IMG/VR virus record: IMGVR_UViG_3300038393_000133
Location: 1-36,035 of that record
Reading direction: 5' to 3' (one strand)
Length of the DNA stretch: 36,035 nucleotides
Source of the DNA: a virus
Lineage: Duplodnaviria; Caudoviricetes
Numbering within the stretch: the first letter of the stretch is position 1; the number at the start of each line of letters is the position of its first letter. Below the pieces are notes generated by a model, which saw nothing but the letters and a program-made list of their open reading frames with translations, ran no database searches and had not been told where the DNA came from. The translations under genes and the position numbers were made by a program. Positions 7,376 through 16,100 of the stretch are shown piece by piece.

Positions 7376-7921
7376 TTATACTTTAAAGTGAACCCGGTTG
7401 GTGATCCATCCAATCAGGAAGTCTTCCTGTACCGGGTTGTTTTTTGCGATTGCCAGATACCGGGCTCCACGGTTGATGATGAGAGCCTTCAGCAGAAGGT
7501 CTTCACCACGTTTGCTCAACAGGGTAGCCAGTACAGCCATCGTCCCCGGACCCAACGCACCGTCTTCCTTAATATCGACGTAATCTTTCCCTTGACGATT
7601 CAATAGGTTTAGACATTCTTGCAACGCTACCGCTGCTGCCTTCGGCCCCATGTTCACGCCCATGTCCGCTAGCTCTGCTGCTACCTTTTCCGATAGCACA
7701 GCAACCCGGTCGAACTTCGGTTCAAGCCAGTAGCGGTTCTTATACACCTGAACCGCAAAGCTCTTCGGCATATCCTTGATGGCTCCGTAGTAGCCGTTCG
7801 CACGTGCTACGACTTCAGTAATACCGTAGTTCGTCGCTCCCCCGGCGTCATTACAATCATTCACGTAACCGCCCTCGGCTACGAGAATGTCGTCAATAAT
7901 TTTATCAACGACATCGGCCAT
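7376..7921 (-). CDS. endolysin, glycoside hydrolase family 108 with peptidoglycan-binding domain
   Basis: EGGYVND..D.GG.TNYGIT catalytic motif; DG..GP.T; C-terminal FL.GW..NR. Confidence 0.9.
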   Translation of the reverse strand: MADVVDKIIDDILVAEGGYVNDCNDAGGATNYGITEVVARANGYYGAIKDMPKSFAVQVYKNRYWLEPKFDRVAVLSEKVAAELADMGVNMGPKAAAVALQECLNLLNRQGKDYVDIKEDGALGPGTMAVLATLLSKRGEDLLLKALIINRGARYLAIAKNNPVQEDFLIGWITNRVHFKV

Positions 7922-7932
7922 TTCATTTCTCC

Positions 7933-8286
7933 TTATCTTGATTCTTGCTTACGTACCATCTCGATCATCAGCTTGAGCTGTGAAAGAATGTTCGTTTCTG
8001 TGGATCGAATCTGGTCCGTCAGACGGGCCGAGAGCTGTTCGATTTCCTTGTCATGCTTGGCTTCTAGCTTATTCACAAGTTTCTCCGTGTCGGCTTTCGC
8101 CTCTGCGATTTCAGATTGAAGTCGGCGTTCCATTTCAGTAACACGATCCGTGTCTGCTTTCTCTTTGATCGCATCAGCGTGATCTTTCGACTCATCACGT
8201 AGAAGTTTCCACACAACACCTACCAGAAGAGTGATGAACGTAAATAGACCGCCTGCGATCCACAGTACTACAGTTTCATTTGGCAT
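7933..8286 (-). CDS. lysis-region membrane-anchored coiled-coil protein
   Basis: Single N-terminal TM helix followed by a charged coiled coil; directly upstream of the endolysin. Confidence 0.7.
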   Translation of the reverse strand: MPNETVVLWIAGGLFTFITLLVGVVWKLLRDESKDHADAIKEKADTDRVTEMERRLQSEIAEAKADTEKLVNKLEAKHDKEIEQLSARLTDQIRSTETNILSQLKLMIEMVRKQESR

Positions 8287-8296
8287 TTCATAGTCC

Positions 8297-8755
8297 TTAG
8301 ATATTTGGCTTTAATGCCAGTAAAGTATTGCCAGTGATGTGTCCAATGTTGTTGAATACGTCACGGCCTGCTTTTGCGAGAGTAGCCGCAGCCAATTCGA
8401 AACAGAACCACGAATTATCTTCAGTCCAATCGCGATCAGGGGCGATAGCCAAACCAAATGCGCCTTTGAAATCGTAGGCTTTGCCTACTTGTTCGCGGGC
8501 GTATTTCAGTCCAGCTTCCGCATCCTGTACTTCAAACTCCACCGTTCTGACAACAACGGAACCTTTCAATGCTTCGTCGAATAGCGCACGACGACATCCG
8601 TGCGTCATAGAGGCTTCGATAAGGTAATCACCGTCTTTAACAAGGCAGTGGGAAGCTTCGGCATTCTTGAAACGGCTACGTGGTAGGCAGAAGCGAATAA
8701 GCCAAGAAACCGGATTCCACTTCCTTGTTGTAAAAACTACAGTGATCTTTTCCAT
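8297..8755 (-). CDS. permuted papain-like (NlpC/P60-related, YiiX/YaeF-type) peptidase/amidase
   Basis: His before Cys: ASHC...IEA...G; GKAYDF; SWFCFEL. Confidence 0.75.
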   Translation of the reverse strand: MEKITVVFTTRKWNPVSWLIRFCLPRSRFKNAEASHCLVKDGDYLIEASMTHGCRRALFDEALKGSVVVRTVEFEVQDAEAGLKYAREQVGKAYDFKGAFGLAIAPDRDWTEDNSWFCFELAAATLAKAGRDVFNNIGHITGNTLLALKPNI

Positions 8756-8772
8756 GTTGTTATCTTTCTGTA

Positions 8773-9177
8773 TTACAGAGTAGAAGCAATAATGAATAGG
8801 TTATCGATGTCCGCTTCTGACATGCCAAGTGCAGAGCCTAGCATCTGTGTGATCGCCCTGTCCCTGTCCACAGCACTAGAAAACTCCCACTCAATTTGAG
8901 CTGCCTCCTTTTGAGGGCTAGGCATTGAAGCAATCGCTGCATCAACACTAGATAGTTTCCCGGCTTGAAGCAGAGCTAGGCGGGCCTGTCGCATGGTAAC
9001 GGACACGGGGACGGCAGGGGTTACAACTGGGTCCGGAACTTCGACCTCTGTAACGCCCATCGCATCCCTGTTAGCCTTGTCGTGAAACCATCCGACAGGG
9101 TATTGGACATCTTCAATTACTTGAAAGGTGTTGATATCAAACGGTGAGCCGTTTAGTTGGTATGTAATCATGTACAC
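8773..9177 (-). CDS. tail-fibre-associated protein
   Basis: VSVTMRQARLALLQAG...IEWE...V.R...LG......D.LF pattern common downstream of phage fibre genes. Confidence 0.65.
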   Translation of the reverse strand: MYMITYQLNGSPFDINTFQVIEDVQYPVGWFHDKANRDAMGVTEVEVPDPVVTPAVPVSVTMRQARLALLQAGKLSSVDAAIASMPSPQKEAAQIEWEFSSAVDRDRAITQMLGSALGMSEADIDNLFIIASTL

Positions 9178-9181
9178 TCCT

Positions 9182-10243
9182 TTAGAAGAAAGATAGGAAC
9201 GTAGGCAATGCTTTTAAGAACGTAATATTCGCATTGTTGCCTAGGTTCGTAGACGACCGTGCCGTGAACGTCGCGGACGGCGATCCATTGATATCTTTGA
9301 TTTTGCAAAAGTCCAGATAGACCGTCCCGCCGCCAGTCTTCGTTAGGTTTGCTCTTGTTCCCGAAGTGGCTGACTGGATCGTAATGGGAGATGCTGGTGT
9401 TCCTACGACCTGATAACTTGCAGCGACGAGGCCCGTCGTACCAGTTGGGCAGGATACTATGCACCCCGGATCAATGCGAACGCTTGCTGCACCAGTGGAG
9501 GGAACTGTAAGAGTCAAAACCCCCGTACCAGCCCCAGACACCCAGACCGCAATAGCTGTTGTAGTGTTCGGGAGAGTAAGAGCCTTCGCTGTAGCACTAG
9601 CATCAGTGGTTTTCATTGTGCAACCCGTCGCTGCTGTGTAGCTAATGCCGCTGGCGCCAAACAGTGTATTTGCCCCGGTGAACGTCCACGTCCCACTGCC
9701 AAGCTTCCACGTTACTGTCGCTCCGTTACCTGCGGATGATGAGCTGAGAGCGCTCAGCGTGACATTGTATGTGACAGCATCAAATGTCCATCCCTGCTCC
9801 GTAGTACCGTCAGACTGGTAAGCCACGTTGGGAATGACATTTCCGGACACGCTAATGTTCGAACCCAACGTTACGGAAGTTCCTATATTCAGCGTAGTGA
9901 TTGGAACGTTCGGAGCAATGAGGGTGTACGTCGTCGAAAACCCGTTGACTGTGCCTAGTGTCAACGTAGCAACGCTCGCTGTGCCCGTCAAGTTGTTGGT
10001 AAAAGCTCCGCCACCAGCTAAGGTGTTTAATGTCCCGGTGAACGTCATAGCTGCCGAAGCAGACGTGTTGATACTTCTACATACACCAGCAACAATTGAG
10101 CGCGAGATCCCAGAATTCGCATCGAATACGACATCGATAGTGTTGTTGGGAGTTGATCCATTAGACGCCCCTCCGGACGTGTTGGACCAGCCCCCAGCAG
10201 TGCTCCAGTTTGTGAGTCCCGGTAGAGCGTAATATGTAGTCAT
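9182..10243 (-). CDS. putative tail fibre / receptor-binding protein (Thr/Gly/Ser-rich, beta-helix-like)
   Basis: NWSTAGGWSNTSGG...DVVFDANS; T/G/S/N-rich beta repeats; located in the tail module. Confidence 0.6.
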   Translation of the reverse strand: MTTYYALPGLTNWSTAGGWSNTSGGASNGSTPNNTIDVVFDANSGISRSIVAGVCRSINTSASAAMTFTGTLNTLAGGGAFTNNLTGTASVATLTLGTVNGFSTTYTLIAPNVPITTLNIGTSVTLGSNISVSGNVIPNVAYQSDGTTEQGWTFDAVTYNVTLSALSSSSAGNGATVTWKLGSGTWTFTGANTLFGASGISYTAATGCTMKTTDASATAKALTLPNTTTAIAVWVSGAGTGVLTLTVPSTGAASVRIDPGCIVSCPTGTTGLVAASYQVVGTPASPITIQSATSGTRANLTKTGGGTVYLDFCKIKDINGSPSATFTARSSTNLGNNANITFLKALPTFLSFF

Positions 10244-10251
10244 ATCTTACC

Positions 10252-11115
10252 TTACATGTTGCTCAGTGCGGCCACCAAGTCCCACTTGGAATCTGTCGCG
10301 TTATAGACGAAGCCTAGGTAGGTCCATTTGCCCACGACTGTTGTGGAAGGGAATGGAATCTCCGTTGGTGCACGGTAGATCGCGTTGTAGGCAAGGGTTT
10401 GAGCTGTTCCATTGTCCTTAATACGGTACATGAGTTGTCGTCCGTCCGTTAGCGTCCCGGTCGGTACGCCCAAGGTCACTCCTTGCGCTGCTGCTGTCAG
10501 TACGTACATGTCGTAGTTGTTCATATCCGGTACAGGCCCGTTGGTGTTCACTACGGTCTGAACTCGACGTGTTAGCGTTCCGGTAGGTCCAATGTCGCCC
10601 GTGCGCTGGAAGAACAGCAGAACCGCGTCGGTATCAACAAAGGGGCTCGCCGAGCTGCTTCCGGTCGGTGTGACGTAGTAGACACGGTAGCCGGTAGGGG
10701 CGCCCACTGAGTTGACATTGAACGTCAGCCACTTGCTTGCGTCACCTTGTTTGACAAGACGGAGCTGGCCTAACACAGCGCTCGTTGATGTGCTCATAGA
10801 GTCGAGCAGTGTTGTCACATCAGTGTTAGCACTATTGAGCACATCGACATAGATCGCTGTTGTGGCATTTTGCGCTCCGGAGGTTAGAAGGCCGATTTTG
10901 CCTGTGCCGGGGTCAGTGCTAGCAACCTGCCCTGTTTTGAACGTGTACGGAATCGCGTACGCTCCGCCAGCAGCTATGCTGTTCAAGTTAGCTGCTAGTG
11001 CGTTAGCATCTGTTACGAATTGCGGCAGAGCTGCAATAAACGTGTCAGAGTTCGTGATAAACACGTCTGGAGAATCTGTCCGCTTCGGCGCAGTTGGTAG
11101 TAGTGTAATAGCCAT
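10252..11115 (-). CDS. tail (fibre/adaptor) protein
   Basis: MAITLLPTAP.R.D.P..F N-terminus; C-terminal PTGTL.DG..L..RIKDNGTA.TL.YNAIYR...KWDLVA domain typical of phage fibre tips. Confidence 0.65.
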   Translation of the reverse strand: MAITLLPTAPKRTDSPDVFITNSDTFIAALPQFVTDANALAANLNSIAAGGAYAIPYTFKTGQVASTDPGTGKIGLLTSGAQNATTAIYVDVLNSANTDVTTLLDSMSTSTSAVLGQLRLVKQGDASKWLTFNVNSVGAPTGYRVYYVTPTGSSSASPFVDTDAVLLFFQRTGDIGPTGTLTRRVQTVVNTNGPVPDMNNYDMYVLTAAAQGVTLGVPTGTLTDGRQLMYRIKDNGTAQTLAYNAIYRAPTEIPFPSTTVVGKWTYLGFVYNATDSKWDLVAALSNM

Positions 11116-11124
11116 ACTTATCCT

Positions 11125-13032
11125 TTAAGTTAGTCCCTCGACAGATAGCGTGCAAACTGAATAATTTTGATACGCAATGTCGATACTGAAGTCTTTGTAG
11201 AAACCATAAATGGTCGCAGAGCTGTACTGGTCGTCCCCGTCGTTCGATCCAATGTACACAACGGGTGTAGCCCTATATTGAGATAGAAGTCCGTGCAGTA
11301 CATCTACAGATGAAGTCGGTAAATGAATGGTGAAATCCGCCTTCTTACTAAAGGCTCGTTGCGTAATAGTGTATGTACCGAAGGCGTCCTGAGTCTTAAC
11401 GCTATAATCAGTAACTCCTACCTTTGCGCTGGCCTCTGTTGTACCAATTTCTTTCGCCAGTCCAATAACAATTCCGCCAATACCCGCTGTACCGTTCGCA
11501 TTCGGCACGCGGACGGTAATTACCCCTGTAGCTGACGGTGCAATTGGTAGGTCCGTAAATGAGAAATCTCCAACGCGTACAATTGGCTCATAAAAATAAC
11601 TATACCAATCTTGGATAGCGCTGTCCGATGTCAGGTTTGCGGTGTTTCGGTACACCACAACTCCGGCTGCATCTACCATACTTACCTGAGCGCTACTTGC
11701 AGTGATGTTTAGGCCTACAAGGGAATCCACGCGTCCTCCGGGCACGATTGCCATTACAACTTCTGACGAATTTGTAGCTTGGGACGTAATGTACTGGTCG
11801 TACGGAGCCCACTTATTTGTTGGTCCAACTTTTACCCAGTGTGTAGTATCTGTCGTCGGGTCGTTGCCCACGTTACCGGCTCCAGTGACGTTCGCCACTA
11901 CTGCTATCGCTCCTGTTGCGGTAACTGCTGAAGTCCCTCCTGCTGTCGTCGTGATCGTAAACGTATTGGCGTCGATTACAGAGAAAACGTAGTAAGTAGT
12001 GCCCACTACGATATTCGACGGGAGATTAGCCCCTGAATTGATTAACACAGTATCGCCCACTACTAGCCCGTGGGTCGGCAGTTGGAATTGGTACGCCTGT
12101 CCGCTTGCTGAGGCCACAATCTTAACATTCCCTATAATACCTGTAATAGACTCATATACTAGGTGCTGAGACGTTACGATGCAACGTGACTGAGCTGAAG
12201 GGTATAGCGAATTAGGCTTAACGTATGTTGTTGAAGAACTCCAGACTGGATAGTCGTTTTCAGCGATATTTGAATATAGTAGCCCAGTTCCGGTAATGAC
12301 ATCGGCAGCACGTGTAACCGCTGCGCCGGTTGTTGATATATAGCTGGTCGCGACGGAGCCAGCCTCAACTTGTGCGCCCCAAATCATCCACTGCTCACCG
12401 ACCGCGTAGACGCCCCCGGTGGCACCGGCATAAACGTTGAGTGTGTCTCCGGGGCTTACGCCACTTGTGATGGTAAGGCTCAGCCTGTACCACCCCCCGC
12501 CAACCGCTTCGGACGTACCGATAGCATAGGGTGCCTGCGGGCCGATGAGTGACACACTGCCATCTACGTAGTTGACTTGAGCGTAAGCCAGATCCAACCC
12601 GGTCGTGATGTTGTACAACCCGAACGAGCGAGCGTTCGGCAACGCCGCGTTGCCGAACTTAAAAAATATGCTGTACGTGAGTGTGTTACCCGGCGCAATA
12701 ATCGCGTAATAAAGAATGCATCCGGCTGTTCCCGTCGTCGCGACGAGCGTTGCCGAGTTGGTGCCGTCCGGCGCCGCTCCGGCGTTCGACGTAGTGGAAA
12801 CTAACGTCTTGGCCCAGCCTGTCGTGAAATTGGAGGATTGCGGTATCAAATTCGTGGTGGCGGGCTCTACCAGCGCATATGGCGCGTTCGTAAGATCACT
12901 TGGATCATACGTAATTCTAAGTGTATTAGCAGGCGCAGTTTGAAGTACTCCACTCTTATCCCAGTATGTGCCAGTGCTGGCCCTTGTCAAAGTCGCTGTC
13001 TGGGTTACAGGTACGGGGCGAACAATCTTCAT
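11125..13032 (-). CDS. tail tip protein directly after the tape measure gene, with inserted carbohydrate-binding-like modules, 635 aa
   Basis: Start placed at ATG 13032 (MKIVRP) behind RBS GAAAGG. Contains TRASTGTY..K.G.LQTA..N..R..Y...EP..TNL, WGAQVEAGS.ATSYI.T.GA.VTRAAD and a C-terminal YGFYKDFSIDI.Y...S.C.L.VEGLT. Confidence 0.7.
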   Translation of the reverse strand: MKIVRPVPVTQTATLTRASTGTYWDKSGVLQTAPANTLRITYDPSDLTNAPYALVEPATTNLIPQSSNFTTGWAKTLVSTTSNAGAAPDGTNSATLVATTGTAGCILYYAIIAPGNTLTYSIFFKFGNAALPNARSFGLYNITTGLDLAYAQVNYVDGSVSLIGPQAPYAIGTSEAVGGGWYRLSLTITSGVSPGDTLNVYAGATGGVYAVGEQWMIWGAQVEAGSVATSYISTTGAAVTRAADVITGTGLLYSNIAENDYPVWSSSTTYVKPNSLYPSAQSRCIVTSQHLVYESITGIIGNVKIVASASGQAYQFQLPTHGLVVGDTVLINSGANLPSNIVVGTTYYVFSVIDANTFTITTTAGGTSAVTATGAIAVVANVTGAGNVGNDPTTDTTHWVKVGPTNKWAPYDQYITSQATNSSEVVMAIVPGGRVDSLVGLNITASSAQVSMVDAAGVVVYRNTANLTSDSAIQDWYSYFYEPIVRVGDFSFTDLPIAPSATGVITVRVPNANGTAGIGGIVIGLAKEIGTTEASAKVGVTDYSVKTQDAFGTYTITQRAFSKKADFTIHLPTSSVDVLHGLLSQYRATPVVYIGSNDGDDQYSSATIYGFYKDFSIDIAYQNYSVCTLSVEGLT

Positions 13033-13078
13033 TTTAGTTACCTTTCTTATCTGAATGACGCCCAGCGTCATACGCATA

Positions 13079-13107
13079 ATTTTACCATGCGTAATACTGT
13101 GTGTCAA
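13079..13107 (-). promoter_or_regulatory. sigma70-type promoter for the tail tip and lysis genes
   Basis: Minus strand: TTGACA, 17 nt, TAAAAT preceded by TGg; lies right after a terminator. Confidence 0.7.
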
Positions 13108-13116
13108 GCAAAAGCC

Positions 13117-13148
13117 AAAAATAAAGGCCGCACCACTGGTGCGGCCTT
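13117..13148 (-). terminator. intrinsic terminator after the tape measure gene
   Basis: 11-bp stem AAGGCCGCACC / GGTGCGGCCTT followed by a U-rich run (TATTTTT) on the minus strand. Confidence 0.85.
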
Positions 13149-13152
13149 AACA

Positions 13153-16100
13153 TTACGTACTTGGACGTTCTGGTGGCATTCCGTATCCATCCCACTGCTT
13201 GACGATTTTAACCATTTCGTTCATTTTCTGAACGTTGGCTACATCTCCTCGTACGATGACATCCATCAGTTGGTCCAACTTCGTAGCTACGCTTGACTCT
13301 CCGCTGGAAGCCTTGTCAGAATCCACTTTGTCAAGTTTGCGTTGAAGCTCAGCATTGTCTGCTGCCGGGATAATACGTTCGCCCTTATGCACCATAGCGA
13401 GCATATCTTCCGGTACGTTGTTGGTTCCTACGTCGAATGACGGAAGCTTACTTGTAGCTTTGTACTCTGCACTATCGTAGAACGCTTGCGTGACTTGAGC
13501 CATTGTTGCGCTCCCGCTCGATAGAGCATTCATCCAGAAGGCTTTTCCGGCTTCGTCACTTGCGCGTCCTAGAACGTTCTTGTACAACGATTCCACCGCT
13601 GCGGATACGCCTCCAGTGTTACCCGCTTGCACCGCAGCGTAGTTATTCTTCGCTGTAGTTGCTTCGCTCATTGCTCCGGCAAAGTTAGCCAAAGCCGCAG
13701 CCACGGTTAGAACACTGTTGTCGATACCCTTTAGCGCATCCAACTGTTGGCGAGCTGTATCCAACTGCTGATCCAGCGTGTCAAGTTGTTTCTGGTAAAT
13801 GCTGACTTGAGACTGTCCAGCGCGCTGCAACGACATCAGAGCCGCATTAGCCTCTGCCTGTGCACGCTGGTACTCAAAAGCCGTACTGTATGCATCTGTG
13901 CTTTGGCTAGATACGGTTTTGATCGCATCATCAAGACCCGCCACCTTCGAGATATCACCCCCACTTCCAACTGTCGCGATGGCTTGGTTAATTACTGCCA
14001 ATGCCTTCTTGAACGAATTGATTTGCGTATCTTTAGGTGCAGTCGCTTTCAATGCGTCCGCCAACGTAGATAGTACATTGTTGATCGAGTCCACCGACGA
14101 TTGAATCTTCGTCTTCTCCGCGTTAATCGATGTTTCGAGACGACTGTAAGCTGTTTCAGCTACACTCACTGCGTTATCGAATGCGGTTTTGGCTGCATCA
14201 ACTGCATCGGACGAGAACATGTCCGTTGACTTGGCAAGATCGTCAATCGAGGTTTTCAGTGTATCGAACCCGCTAGCGAGTGCTAGGAGCTGACCAACTT
14301 TCAATTGATCCCCTGCTGAAGCTGCTGCTGTAATCCACGACTTCAGTTCGTCACGCGTATTCGGCAACGTATAGCCGATAGCTGTGAATTGAGCCGTCAT
14401 ATTCGACGTTTCAATCGCAACCTTCTGAGCTGCTGTAAAATACTTATCGTAGAACGAACTCAAATCACTCGTCAGAGATTTCAAATCACCTGCACCTTGC
14501 AACGTAGCCATATTAAGCCCGCCACCGAGTCCAGTGTCTTGCATCTTCTTACGAGCTGCCACGAGGTCTGTGTAAGCTGAGATAACGTCGCTCATGGTCC
14601 CGGTGATCTGGGTCATGATTTCACCAACTCCGCTTGCGCCTTCTTTCAATGCAATCGACTGCTTCGCAATCTCGTACGAGATGTCACCAGTCTTGTTTGC
14701 GATGTCGAGGTAGCTAACAGCGCTTACGTTCAGCTTCTTCAGTGCTGCATCAGCTTGTTCGATTCCGCCCGCTACGCGTACGACAGTCTCAGCGTATCCT
14801 TCTCCGACTTTCTGGAACGCTGTCATTTGCGGATACACCTTCTTAGCAATCTCGTCCATTGCACCGGAGATAACGTTGTTGATCGCGTCCGTAAGGTCTT
14901 GGCCTTTCAGGTCTTTCAACGAAACTTTAGTACTCTCCAGTACCATGTTTTGGATCGCTGTGCCAACTGCGTCGCTGTTGCTTCCTAGTGTTGTTGCAGC
15001 GCTCTTCAACGTAGCATCCAGTCCTTGGAAGACAAGAGCGAACTGGTTGGACATCTCTGCACTCAAGGCTTGCGTCATCGAGCTGTCCTTGCTAGACTTA
15101 ATGAGTCCGAACAGAGAAGACGAAGATGTGTTCGTAACAGCGTATTGATTGAAGCCTTTGCCCAACATAAGGTCGGCAACGCTTCCGCCGAACGACAATC
15201 CCGAATCTTTCAGCGTCGTCGAAGACTTACCAAACAGTGCACCTAGAAATCCGGAACCGCTTGACTTCAATCCGAGGTCGAAATTAGAACCTACGGAAAC
15301 ACCGCTACGAGCAACCAGATTCGAAAGCCCAGTCATTGCAGCTTCGATACCTTGCAGCGATGTAAGCATGTTCTGCGTCAATGGTAGCATCATGTCTGAG
15401 TTGTTTTTCAGATCATCCAGAGCTTTACTAATCGACTCAGACTTGGCATCTGCGTCTCCTAGAACTGTCCCTGTACCTTGATGCTTCTGAACGTAGTCAG
15501 ACGACAGTTTTGGATCAGAACCGTTTCCACCCCCTGTCACCGCATACCCCAGTGCAGCCATCGTAGCGCCCATTGCGGCGATTCCTGCCCAACCTCCCAT
15601 CCCTAGCTGGGCGAAGAATTTAGAAGCAGCTTCGTAAATATTAGCAGCAGTACGGACTGAGATACGTGCCATCTCAGCAACGTGGAATACTTGAGAGATA
15701 CCGTTCAACAGTTTGAAACCTCTAGACTGCTTATCAAAGAATCCGCTAGCAGCTTGGGTCATATCGCCGTATTGTTTCATCCGGGTTTCTGCGGATGCAT
15801 TTTCGGTATTTTGGTACTCCATCGACGCTTTACTTAGATCGCCAAGAGCTTTGCCCGGTGCACCGAAAGCATCACTCAGCGCCTTTGAGATAGCGTCAGC
15901 CGCCTCCAGCCATTTCGTTTTAGCACTATCTGCTTCAGCCCCAAGTGCCTTAGATGCCTCAGCGTACTTCTTCCAAGCTTCGGGCGTATTAGAGGTTTGC
16001 GCATCGAGGAACAAATTCATTGTCTTGGCACGTAGCACACCCATCGCAGTTTCAAATTTCTTTGTTGCTTTGGTTGCGTTATCGAAGATGTCAGACACAC

